From: Octopus sinensis
Lineage: Eukaryota
Assembly (NCBI RefSeq): GCF_006345805.1
Contig: NC_043006.1
Span: 22,196,001 to 22,260,000, forward strand
Length of the DNA stretch: 64,000 bases
Direction of reading: 5' to 3'
Shown here: positions 11,358 through 24,167 of the stretch, piece after piece
Numbering within the stretch: position 1 is the first letter of the stretch
Layout of the letters: every line of letters starts with the position of its first letter
Made by a program: the position numbers and the translations under genes
Notes under the pieces: model-generated
Told to the model about the DNA's origin: nothing
Database searches by the model: none
The model's input: the letters and a program-made list of their open reading frames with translations, nothing else

Positions 11358-11590
11358 AAGGCGGCGAGCTGGCAGAAACGTTAGTACGCCGGGCGAAATG
11401 CTTAGCGGTATTTCGTCTGCCGTTACGTTGTGAGTTCAAATTCCGCCGAGGTCGACTTTGCTTTTCATCCTTTCGAGGTCGATAAATTAAGTACCAGTTA
11501 CGCACTGGGGTCGATGTAATCGACTTAATACCTATGTCTGTCCTTGTTTGTCCCCTCTGTGTTTAGCCCCTTATGGGTAATAAAGAAATA
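11358..11590 (+). mobile_element. SINE family B, full length
   Basis: 18-bp TSD GGTTTGTTATCYGTATTT at 11340-11357 and 11591-11608. Confidence 0.9.
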
Positions 11591-12028
11591 GGTTTGTTAT
11601 CTGTATTTTCTTATACTATCCCAATCCAGCTTAAATCACTTTCTATTTAGATATTTGTGCAGGCGAAAGCCACCCACCCTGTATAGATATTATTGAAGAT
11701 AAGCACAAATGAAATTATATTGGATTTTGGCACATCACCAGCCATGTTTCTGCTTACTGATAACACAATATCCCACTCATATTCTAATGTCAACGAATAT
11801 TTTTCTGTAATGATGGAGATGTTTAAAATATAAGTATTACACTTGGTATATTAATAATAATAATAATCTTTTCTATTAATAGCACAAGGCCTGAAATTTG
11901 GGGGTAGGAGACTAGTCGATCACATCAACCCCAGTGTGTAACTGGTACTTAATTTATCAACCTTGAAAGGCAAAGTCAACGCTGGCTTAATAATAATAAT
12001 GATGATGATGATGATGATGATAATAATG

Positions 12029-12065
<37 letters not shown>

Positions 12066-12066
<1 letters not shown>

Positions 12067-12625
12067 CTGAAGGAGAAAATGTAATGATTCTGTGGGACTT
12101 TCCAGTACATACAGACCGAACCATCAAAGCCAATAAACCGGATATTGTTGTGAAAGACCAAAACAATAAAGTTTGCTTATTGATCGACATGAGCATCCCC
12201 TGTGATCATAATATCTTGGCGAAAGAATTTGACAAGCTCAGAAAATATAAAGACCTGCTCATTGAAATTGAGAAAATGTGGCATCTCAAGGTGGTTACAA
12301 TACCAATGATTGTAGGAGCACTAGGAATGATCAAGAAGGGAACCGAAAATTATATGAGAATGATCCCTTGGTTACCATCCCTGCAAGAAGTGCAAAAGAT
12401 TGTCTTAACTGGTACATCACACGTATTGAGAAGGGCATTGTCGATGTGAGAACTATTACTACCCATGTATTTTAATTTAACTTTATTTCTATCAAAAAAA
12501 AAAAAAGAGTGAACGAGTGAGTTTAGTTTAATGGCCTACCAATGTATACTATGAGTTTCTTTGCCCTAGGAGTCGGGAAGACACTCGGCAAGAAATGGAA
12601 GCAAATTTGAAAGAAGAAGAAAAAA
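12066..12625 (+). mobile_element. 5'-truncated R4/Dong-clade non-LTR retrotransposon (RLE endonuclease domain plus 3'UTR)
   Basis: ORF 12084-12449 ILWDFPVHTDRTIKANKPDIVVKD...LIDMSIP...KYKDLLIEIEKMW...IVGALG matches the PD-(D/E)xK RLE pattern. Flanked by (TAA)n on both sides. Confidence 0.85.
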
Positions 12626-12632
12626 TAATAAC

Positions 12633-12672
<40 letters not shown>

Positions 12673-12675
<3 letters not shown>

Positions 12676-13230
12676 GCCCTGATGCAGTACCAGGCAGTGG
12701 CTCTCATGGCTTCTGATCTTAACTGATTGGAAGTGTTATCATGTACATTGTCTTGTCTTGGTATAAAAGATGGGCTACAGCAAATATTCTGCTCAATACC
12801 ACAGATTTGCTTGTCAGTTGTTTGACCTTAACCAGTTGAGCATGTCCCTTAGTGGCTGACGATATGTGCATCTCTGATCACGAGCAGAAGTAGTGGAGGA
12901 GCATCATAGCCATGTGTTGAGAGGGATTCTTTGGGGTTTGAATAATTCACCTCTGGAAACATGGGTGGTTCTTTCAACATCCTTAAACAACCCTTATTCA
13001 GGGACCTTTTGAGCGGGATGGGCTACTCAACCTGAAGAAAATTCTAACTGGGCCCCACCTGCAAGGTCATGTGCTGTTTATCTTGATATGAGATCACCAT
13101 GTCGCACACATATGGTTGTGATGCATGTGCCTGGTGTACCTTTATCAGACGGGTAGTCATGATGGGTATATTGGGCTTCATATATTTTACCCCAGTGTCA
13201 CTTTGATGGCATGCACTGCTCTCTCACTCA
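12673..13230 (+). mobile_element. Family F element, copy 2
   Basis: Roughly 14 substitutions versus copy 1 by eye. TAA arrays on both sides. Confidence 0.85.
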
Positions 13231-13257
13231 ATAATAATATAATAATAATAATAATAA

Positions 13258-13786
13258 TAATCTTTTATACTCTAGGTATAAGGCCTGAAATTTTTGGAGT
13301 GGGGGCCAGTCAATTAGATTGATCCCAGTACACAACTGGTACTTAAATTATTGACCCCAAAAGGATGAAAAGCAAAGTCAAACCTGGTGGCATTTGAACT
13401 CAGAACACGAAGACAGATGAAATACCTATTTCTTTACTACCCACAAGGGGCTAAACACAGAGAGGACAAACAAGGACAGACAAACGGATTAAGTCGATTA
13501 TGTCAACCCCAGTGCATAACTGGTACTTAATTTATCAACCCCGAAAGGATGAAAGGCAAAGTCGACCTAGGCGGAATTTGAACTCAGGCGTGCTAATGAG
13601 TATGCCAGCTCGCCGGAGCACCGCCTTTAATCGAGCAACTCGACCCCGGGACTTATTCTTTGTAAGCCCAGTACTTATTCTATCGGTCTCTTTTGCCAAA
13701 CTGCTAAGCGATGGGGGATATAAACACACCAGCATCGGTTGTCAAGCAATGCTAGGAGGACAAACACAGACACACAAACATACACG

Positions 13787-13848
<62 letters not shown>

Positions 13849-14000
13849 TATGACGGGTTTCTTTCAGTTTCCGTCTACCAAATCCACTCACAAGGCTTTG
13901 GTCGGCCTGAGGCTATAGTAGAAGACACTTGCCCAAGGTGCCACGCAGTGGGACTGAACCCAGTACCATGTGGTTGGTAAGCAAGCTACTTACCACACAC
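13258..14000 (-). mobile_element. Cluster of SINE-B (~13258-13420), SINE-B (~13424-13590) and SINE-A (~13605-14000)
   Basis: Sequence matches to the other A and B copies. A further degraded A lies at ~14575-14955. Confidence 0.8.
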
Positions 14001-16553
14001 TGACTTTGTTTCTTATCCATCCTAACCCTCTCCCCGAGATGGTACACTCTTTCAGCCAACCTTCCACTTTCTACATCTATTTTTCGGCATAACACACACA
14101 TGTACACACACATACACTGTCTCAAACTCCTCCAATCATACATACACACACTATCATCATCATCATCATCTCTCTCTCTCACTCTTTCCCTTTCACACAC
14201 ACACACCACAAATAGTCTCTCTTTGTCACATAATCTCTCATACATGCCCTCCATTTCTCACTCCCCTCTCTCTTTCACTCTCCCCTCCTCTTACTCTCCC
14301 CTTCTCTTACTCTCCCTGCTTTACACACACAAGGACTGTCAGTGTTTGATTTGTCTGTCAGATAGCCCAAATTAACTGTCAGCCTTTAAGATCACCTGTC
14401 AATCTGCCAGTCTATCATGATGTCTATTTATCTACCCAGCTATCTATGCATCAGACAGCTCCTTTAGTCCCATTCAGAACCAATCTCTCTGTCGGCCAGG
14501 CTGTCCTCTTTGCTAGCAAAGACCTAATTTTCCTTTAGGAACATAAACTAACTTAATAAATCAGTTAACTTTTATCTTTTATTTTATTTGTTTCACTTAT
14601 TGGACTGCGGCCATACTGGGACACTGCTTTTAAGGCTCAAACAAATGAAGCCCAATACTTTTTTTTTTTTGTAAAGACTGGTACTTATTGTATTGGTCTC
14701 CTTTGCCAAACCACTAAGTTATGAGATTCTTAACAAACCAACATCAGCTGTCAAGTGATGGTGATGAGAAACACATATACATGCACACACATATATACAA
14801 TGGGTTTCTTTCAGTTTCCACCTGCTAAATCCATTCACAAGGCTTTGGTTGGCCTGAGGCTGAAGTAGAAGATACATGCCCTAGGTACCATGCAGTGGGC
14901 CTGAACCCAAAACCATGTGGTTGGGAAGCAAGCTTCTTACCACACAGTCATGCTTGCAAGTAATTCTTAATTTCTTGAAAGTATCTCCCCTTGTTTTAGA
15001 GGATTGTTTACAATAACCCCTTTTACCTCTAAATTTCGATTCTCTTACTCCAACTAAGAGAAAAATTTGAATTAGGGAGTGGCTGTGTGGTAAGTAGCTT
15101 GGTTACCAACCACATGGTTCCGGTTTCAGTCCCATTGCGTGGCACCTTTGGGCGCAGTCAAATGACTGAAACAAGTAAAAGAGTAAAGAGTAAAGAGAGA
15201 ATCATGTTAGAGGATAACAAGTGAGTCAGGCAGTGAGATACATAGAGAGAGAGAGAGAGAGCAAGTCAAGTTAAAGATAGACAGGGGAAAGCATTCAATA
15301 TAATGTAAACAAGGAGGTAATGAGTGATGACCTAATGGAAAGGCCTTCTCTATGACCTGGCACAATAAGGGCATAACAGAAGAGCAGAGGTTTGGTCTAC
15401 CATAAAGTCTTGTTCTGATGAGCCTTTCATGTCCGTTTCGATCTTCTTCAATTTATTTTAAGAGGTGAAACAGCTGACTATATAAAGGTTATAAGCTCAT
15501 GTGTGTGTGTGTGTGTGTGTGTGTGTTTGTGTATGTACACGCACACATAGACAGCATATATGCATACATACATATACACACATGTACATATATGAAATAA
15601 ATAGAATAACAAGAGAACAAGAATTACATAATTAACTTCATTAACTCACAGCTGTTTCTGCTATAAGACACAGTGCACTCAGAGCCGAGAGCTTGTGCAT
15701 CAATTTATAGCTTCCTGTAGCTTCCGGAAGCAGAAACAGCTGTAAGCAAATAAAGTTGATTATGTAATCCCTGTTTCCTTTTCACTTCATTAATCTCATA
15801 TAACACTTTCTTCTTGTTTAATGCTTTCTTCAGAAGCATATGTATATTGAGTTTTAACAGCAGGTTATTAGTATCACTCTGCATGGGGACTGTGTTGGAT
15901 GCAGTGAATGTCAGTTTGGGATGGAGAACTGAAGGAGAGAAAAAAAGAGGGGATCAGAGGTGGTGACAAAAGAGACAGTAGTAATGATATAATGTGCAGG
16001 AAGGCTAGACAGGACCTCATTTTTCTACTTGTTAAAAATTTGGTCTGTGCTAAGTTTACCCTGCAGCTTCTTGATTCTAAATATTGCTTCTGTCTTATAT
16101 TATTTCATACTGTCTCACTCTATTTAGAATACCAGCCTTGTGCTGGTGCCAACCCCTTCCTTCTCTCTCTCTCTTTCTCTCTCTCCAGCTGTCACATCCT
16201 CAATGTTCCACTGGGTAAAGAGATGGGAAAACTGAGGTGTCTGTCCCTTCAGGACTACTAGGCACTGAAAAACATTTAGCAAAAGTGTGGTACATGCAAC
16301 CAGATCATAACTGCTTCTGAGCAGCAGCTGTGGTTTGGTTTTATATATATACTGAGTTTGTAGAGCATCAGACAGAATGCAATTTTGGTACTTTGGTATG
16401 TACCTTTCCATTGTGAGTTCAAATCTTTCCCAGGTCGTGTTTGTCTTTCAACCACTTTAGTACAATAAAATAAGCAGTGGGATTGATGTAATCGGCTGTA
16501 TAATAGGAAGTAGTGCCTGCAGTGTGGCCCTATCTCAAGGGCTGTTTGGTTAA

Positions 16554-16750
16554 CCCTTTAGTGTTCAGATTATTCTATCAAACATAATGCCTATTGATTC
16601 CCATTGATTTGTATTAATCATGCATTATCTCATATCTTCAAGATGTAGAATAACATTGTAGGGTAGGTGTGAGGGCCTGGATCTGGTCAGTTTGAACATA
16701 AAACAGATTAACTATTTTGGACGGATATGGCCGGTTTAAATACTAAAGGG
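16554..16750. mobile_element. piggyBac-type MITE
   Basis: TTAA-CCCTTTAGT ... ACTAAAGGG-TTAA. Confidence 0.85.
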
Positions 16751-18469
16751 TTAAACATCTCACTTCTCAGCTATGTGTTTTCAAGTTCAGTTCCACAGTA
16801 TAAAATTTTTACTAAGTACTATACTCTCGATCTGATCAGTGGCAGGTGAGTGGGGTTGATAGATGGAAACTTTATAGAAGAGTTTCTTGTGTGAGTGTAT
16901 GCACACAAACACACACACACGCTTCTCAAACCACATGGTTCCGGGTTCAGTCCCACTGCGTGGCATCTTGCGCAAATGTCTTCTACTATAGTCTCAGGCG
17001 AACCAAAGCTTTTTGAGTGGATTTAGTAGATGGAAACTGAAAGATCATGTGCATGTGGTGTGTGTGTGCGTGTGTGCGCTTGAGACGTGATTTGTGGAAA
17101 CGTGCCTTTAATCGAGGAAACTGACCCCAGGACTTATTCTTTGTAAGCCTAGTACTTATTCTATCAGTCTTTTTTGCTGAACTGTTAAGTTATGGAGACA
17201 TAAACACACCAGCATCTGTTGTCAAGCGATGTTGAGGGGGACAAACACAGACATATAAAAACACACACACACACATATATACACACACACACACACATAA
17301 TGGGCTTCTTTCAGTTTCTGTCAACCAAATCCACTCACAAGGCTTTGGTCAGCTCAAGGCTATAGTAGACGACTCTTGCCCAAGGTGCCATGAACCTGGA
17401 ACCATGTGGTTGGTACCACACAGCCACTCCTGTACCTATATGTATATATAAATATATATGTATGTATATATATATATGTATGTGTATATATATATATATA
17501 TACACATATTTATATATATGTGTATGTATGTAGGTATACATAAGTATATATGTAATATATATATATAAATATATACATGTGTGTATGTAGGTGTATATAT
17601 ATATGTGTGTATGAGTGTGTGCCTCTGTGCCTGAATGTTGACATTCCATCTTCCACTAATTACTGTCTGAGCAAAATGGTGTCATGATGCTTATATTTCT
17701 TTTCGAGAGTACAGCTGCTCACTTTGCACTTTTGACAACTGATGCAATCAGAGACATCTCTTAATTGTAAAACAGGCAAGGGTCGGTGGTAGGGAAAGCA
17801 TCCAGCCATAAAATACCACCTAAAATAAGTAACTGTACCCCACCCAATCCAAGCTTGCTTGGAAGGAAAAAGAAACAGGTGATATATTTCAAGATTTTTT
17901 TTCTTGTGCACAGTGTAACTAATAACCTGCTGTTAAAAAAATGCAATATACGTATGCTTCTGAAGAAAGCATTAGACAAGTAGAGAGTGTTATATGAGAT
18001 TAATGGAATGAAAAGGAAACAGGGATTATAGAATCAGCTTCATTAGCTTACAGCTGTTTCTGCTATAATCATCTGTCACACTACATTCACCCTAGTGCAG
18101 TTACCTACTCACCCACCGCTTCTGTTCCTCTCACCTAACCTCTCTTTCATATTCACTTGATCTTACATATCTCTCTCTCTCTCTCTCTCTCTCAATCTTT
18201 CCAGATGGGAAAGCCATGTATTCACCTCTTCAGAAAGACACCTACTCCTGTTCCTCTATCTTACTTTCGTAACTCTCCATTCTATAACCTACTCAGTTGA
18301 GGTGTCTTGTCATATAGGTACTTGGTGACCTCACTAGTGCTGGTGCCACGAAAAAAAAAAACCACTAAGCATTGTGAAGTGGTTGGTGTTAGAAAGAAAA
18401 TCCAGCTGCAGAAACCATGCCAAGGCAGACACTAGAACTTAGTGCAACTCACAAACTTTCCAAGCCTAA

Positions 18470-19138
18470 TTGCACACAGAGAGTGAATGTCTGCTCTTCT
18501 TTGCCGTCATGTCCTAACGAATGAACCATTTTTTGGACCGAATAGTGACTGGTGACAAGAAAAGGGTTCTCTATAAAAATGTTAATTGCTGAAGACAGTG
18601 GGTAGGGAAAGGAGAAACACCAGCATCCCATGCTAAAGAAGGTCTTCATCCACATAAGGTGTTGCTATCTCTTTGGGGAGATATGAAAGGTTTAGTCCAC
18701 TAAGTCAGCATTAGAAGAAAAACGACCATTTTTGGTTTCAAGACAAAAGGTGTTCTTCCATCAGGATAATGCTCAGCCACATACAGTGAGGATGACATTC
18801 CAAAGGCTGGAGCAGTTAGAATGGAAATAATGCCCCACCCACTGTATTTGCTGGACATTGCCCCATCTGATTATCATTTATTCCGCAGTCTTCAAAATCA
18901 TTTGGATGGAAAAAAATATTAATTCTGTAGACACGGTCAGAACAGCACTGGAGGAGTATTTTTCATCATGGACAAGTGAATTTTGGAAGAGGGACCTTGC
19001 AAGTTTACCAGATAGATGGAAGAACAATGTAGAAAATGAAGGAGAGTATATTCTAGATTAAAAAAGAACTTGGTTTATCTTAATTTTGAAAAATAAAAGA
19101 AGTATAAAAAAAAACACATTATTTAAGGGATGACCCTA
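18470..19138 (+). mobile_element. Degenerate mariner, 3' part (DDD domain)
   Basis: RIVTGDKK, HQDNA and APSDYHLF-like translations. Right TIR followed by TA. Confidence 0.8.
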
Positions 19139-20619
19139 TATATATATAATATATATATATCAATATGTAATTATAAGATCCAATGATCTAAGTTTAAGAA
19201 GTTTGCAAACTTTGAGCAGTCCATGATAGGTGTAGAAAACAATGTTCAGGAACAATAATAATTTATTGGCATTGACGGTTGTAGGCTTTTCTCATATCGA
19301 AGTTCAATAAGCTGGAAAATCTTTTATGGCACACAATTAGCAATTTCAGTTGTTCATCCAGCTTTTTGCTGGTTACTGTTTTTGTCCTGCTGGGTTTCTA
19401 GGAGCCCTCCTCACCAGGAAAACCTGGTAGAGGAGCTGGTTTCGTTGTTGGTGACCCGACTATGTAACAGGTTGGATAACATGTAACTAGTAAATTCATG
19501 GATCTTTTGAAATGAAAAGGTTGTGGTTCATGAAACAAATGTTTTACAATAACAAGAGCCAAAACCAAACACTTTGCATTTAGTTCAGTATTTTTCTTGT
19601 GGCCTACTAAATGTTCTTTTCTCTAAAACTTTGGGTCAGGAGTGAGAGGCAAGGATTGCATTATAAAGAATAATGTTGAATCTGTTGGTGGCAAGAAGTG
19701 ACATTTCTTTGTCAATTACTTATAAGCATGCATACATGCACACAAATTTATATTTGTTCCCTACGTATATTTCACAAGATATATTCTGTGTGTGCATGTG
19801 TTGTGTGTATATATTTATATATATATATTTATACACACATCAAGAGTGAGAGTAAATATAGTTATAATTATATGAACAAGAAGTACAGTTGCTTTAAATT
19901 ACTATCATGACTTGTACCATAATATAATTATTATCTGAAAACATTCCCCATAAATTGTCCATTTTTATTATTATTATTATTATTATTTCTCATTTAGTTC
20001 TTTGTTGATAGTAATCGAAACTTTGCTACCAGCATGGAATACGGACAGTAAATGATGATATATATATATATATATATATATAAAATAATATATATAAATA
20101 TATGCATATATACATACATATATGTACATAGTTACATATATATAAAAAACAAAAAACAAAAACTTTTTTTGAACAATGAAAAAACAAAGAAACAAGACAG
20201 GCGACATAAAGAACATTCCCTTCATCAGTTGTCCCCTGTTTCATCTGCTTCGCGTTTTGAAGGTAAGGACAAGACACAACTTTGTTAAAACAGTCCTTCC
20301 ACAAAGCAAATTAAATAAAATTTGGGATTAACAGAATAGTAAGTACAAAACAGTAAAAACAAACGGTGAGGGCTGTTAAGCCATGACAAGGTGATGTGGT
20401 GAATGCTGGAAAAACAAGCTTTGAGAAGAGACAGGCAAAAGCATGTCTTGTCTTCAGGAAGGAAGTGGAAGAAAGAAAGATAGATAGCCGTTGGTCACGT
20501 GTGAGCAACAAGAGAGTCAAGGAAGAAGAGTGAGAGAGAAGGAATGGTGAAGGGGAGAGGAGAAGAATAGGGAAAGGGTGGGAGAGAAAAACAGAAAGGA
20601 AGATGTATACATATATGTG

Positions 20620-20681
<62 letters not shown>

Positions 20682-20930
20682 GATAAATCTCAGAGCGAGT
20701 TATAAACAGTAGCGGTAACACATTGTGACGCATATTTGCCATTTGAATATGGCTAACCCCTAAGGGTGGATGCTACTGTAGTTTGTAGCCCCAGGAAGAT
20801 ATCTCCTCCAGCTGGCTATAGACACACTATCTGTGCCCTCTCAGTATTTACTGAGAGGGCACAGATAGTGTGTCTATAGCCAGCTGGAGGAGATATCTTC
20901 CTGTTGCCAACCCAATATATATTGTATATA

Positions 20931-21027
<97 letters not shown>

Positions 21028-21042
21028 TATATACAATATATA

Positions 21043-22283
21043 TTGGGTTGGCAAGAAAGTAATTTTGTTTTTTGTATTTCTTGAATGACTTCTGTCAATA
21101 TAATGATTTTTTGCTTTTGACATTTGATAGTTAATTTTAGCTTACTTTAGAAGCAAATTGCACATAATTTTGTTAGTTCAGCGTCAATTTTAACATGGAT
21201 TGCAAAAACGAACATTTTTGCCATATTTTGCTTTTTTTTTATTTCCATAAAGGCAAGAAAGCTGCTGAGGCTCACAAAGAGATATGTAAAGTTTATGGTG
21301 TTGATTGCTTAACAGAACACACGTCAGAAATGGTTTAAAAAATTCCGTTCTGGAGACTTTTCACTGAAAGATGACCAACGTTTTCATCGACCTAATAAGG
21401 TTGACGATGACCAAATCAAAGCCATAATTCAATCAGATTGTCATATAACTGTGTGAGAAATTGCAGAGAGGTTCAATGTATCACACACAACAACTGAAAA
21501 TCAGTCAAAATGTCTTGGACTTGCTGAGAAGCTCAATATTTGGGTTCCACATAAATTGAAAGAGATTCACTTAACACAACAAATCAATATTTGTGATATG
21601 CATCTCAAATGCAATGAAATCACCCTTTTTTGAAACAAATTCTCACTGGTGATGAAAAATGGATTGTCTACAATAAGATCAATCGAAAACGATCATGGTC
21701 CAAGCATAATGAACCAGCACAAACCTAATCAAAAACAGAATTGCATCAAACAAATGGTTATGCTGTCAACTTGGTGGGATAACAAGGGTGCTGTGTATTT
21801 TAAGCTGCTTCCAAGGAACCAAGTGATCAATTCAGATGTTTACTGTCAACAACTAATGAAACTGGAGGAAGCAATCAAAGAAAAATGGCCGGAATAGGCA
21901 AATCATAAAGGAATTGTGTTTCACACATATCTTTGCTAACTTGGGAAAAATTATTGGAGCTTGGTTGGGAAGTGATGTGACATCCACCATATAGCCCTGA
22001 CCTTGCACCATCAGATTACCATTTATTTCGAAGTTTGCAAAATTCTTTGAAAGGTAAAACTTTCGATAATGACGATGACCTGAAATCACACTTGCTTCAG
22101 TTTTTAGCTGATAAGTACGAGAAGTTCTATGAGCACGGAATCACGAATTTGCCAGAAAGATGGCAAAAGGTCATCGAACAAATGGAAAATATATAATTGA
22201 TGAAAATTCATTCTTTGTATGAAAAAAAATAAATGACTTTTATTTCACACTAAAAAACTGCAATTACTTTTTCATCAACCCAA
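21043..22283 (+). mobile_element. Near full-length degenerate mariner (frameshifted transposase)
   Basis: TA-TTGGGTTGGCAAGAAAGTAATT ... AATTACTTTTTCATCAACCCAA-TA. Translations MDCKNEHF..KGKKAAEAHKEIC, TGDEKWI and PYSPDLAPSDYHLF. Confidence 0.9.
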
Positions 22284-22386
22284 TACATGTGTATGTGTGT
22301 GTGTGTGGGGGGTATGTTGATGTAAACAGGAGAAATAGAACTCAAAATATGAGTATATGTATATATTTTTTATTAATATTTAGCAG

Positions 22387-22804
22387 GGATCTTTTCGTTT
22401 GACCGGCAGTTTTTTCTAGTGGTGTCATATGAAATTGTCACCCATAATTATGACCCTAGTATCGATCTATTGCATTTCAATCTGTTTTAGGGTTAGGGGT
22501 AGGGGTGGGGGGAAGGGTATCTTTTTTTCTTCACAAATGTAAATAAACCCAATCTGTTTCTTAAACGAAGGACATATTCGTACAGCACAGAATGCTTTTT
22601 AACTCAATAGACGTCACTGATTGGTTGAAATTGCAGAAATTGAAGAAGAAAAAACAACAAATAGCTTACAAACTATAGAATTTTCTCAATAAAGCCAAGA
22701 GAAAAAGATGTTTTAAAAACACATTCTACCAGTATACGAAGTTTAAAAGTGTTTAGTTACGTGGAATTTATTTTAAAAAACTGCCGTTCAAACCGAAAAG
22801 ATCC
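22387..22804. mobile_element. MITE with ~29-bp GG..CC TIRs and an 8-bp TSD (Merlin-like)
   Basis: TTTAGCAG duplicated at 22379-22386 and 22805-22812. TIR GGATCTTTTCG(G)TTTGA(C/A)CGGCAGTTTTTT. A solo end lies at ~32340-32435. Confidence 0.8.
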
Positions 22805-24132
22805 TTTAGCAGAAACTCTCAGACCTTGGGTCACTTCGTTACTTCTGCTATATATTAATAAGATGTGTGTGTGTCCGCGTCCACGACAGGATAATCTGAG
22901 GTTAGGCTGTTTCTTGAGTGTGTAAAATGTGGAAACAACCATAAAAACGAAATTAAGAAAAAAAAAAAAAATTACTGTTGTAACCAGACGTTCTTGCGAA
23001 GACACACACGTCACTTGAAGGTGCATATATGTCACACATTAGTATACTACAGTTCACGTTCTAGTTGGACGAACTCCTCTCTCTCTCTCTTTCTCATACA
23101 CCTCACAATATATAGATTTTTCTCTGTGATGCAGACAGACAAATAGTGCGTGCATTATATACAACAATAGATAGGAATCGTCTCTTATAAACAACATTCA
23201 AAATACACAGTGGCACAAATATGTACGCAGAGCATCGCTGTATCTGCATATGGGTGAGGTTATGTGTGTATATATGTATATATATGTGTGTGAGATGGTG
23301 CATTTTTAATGAATGTCTTTTGTGTTTATATGAAGCTGCTCCTCGTTGTCTATACCGAAACATGCATGTATATATATGTTTATATGCATAGATATACATA
23401 CATAATTAAAATGCGCACACTTATACATTGCATGCAACTGTGTATGCAAATGCATTTTGGAGCATTATTTGTAAATATTAATGCATTGTTTGGTGCACGT
23501 GTTAATCTGCATGAAACCGTTTCTAAAAAGCTATAAAGCTATATCAACACACTCATGCACACGTGTGCGTGTGTGTGAGCGTGTAGGACATATGAGAAAG
23601 TGATGCAGGGGTACATCACATTCTTGGGCAGGAATTTCCTGGGATCACAGAAAAAATGTTTGCACGTATTTAAGGCCAGCATCGGCATTTAGAAAGGGGG
23701 TCTCCCGGGAAAGAAACTTTGTATCCCGCGATGAAATTCCTCACAGAGGCACTGTATATGATGAGCGTGTTAAGTACACAAGATATACATACATACATAC
23801 ATACACTCACAAAAGCGTATCGAAATAAAACATATAACATCGATTAAAACTATAAATAGCAAATTCATGCAGACAAACACGTGCACTCAGATATGCAACA
23901 ACACGCATACACACACACACACACGTGTCCCATTATATCTATAGGTGCACTTTGGAAAAGCATACGTACTACCCTGGGGGAGGTCGCGAGCGGGGACTGA
24001 CAGGACATATCATGCTGAACATCTATGTTCAAATGTAACCGCCCCTTTCACTCGGAAACAGAACTGCTAGACGACAAAGAAATCGAGATGTCGGGTTGTA
24101 CAGATTGGTAGAGAGCATTGTGTGTGTGTACA

Positions 24133-24167
<35 letters not shown>

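Noticed and set aside
15700-15750. Hammerhead-like GAAAC-AGCT-GTA with a GCTTCCGGAAGC stem
   Set aside because: The CUGANGA core is absent (CTGTAGC). At most a decayed PLE fragment.
16189-16214. Plus-strand AG...GT 26-nt mini-exon after a CT tract
   Set aside because: No partner exons or plus-strand gene evidence. The pyrimidine tract is a (CT)n microsatellite.
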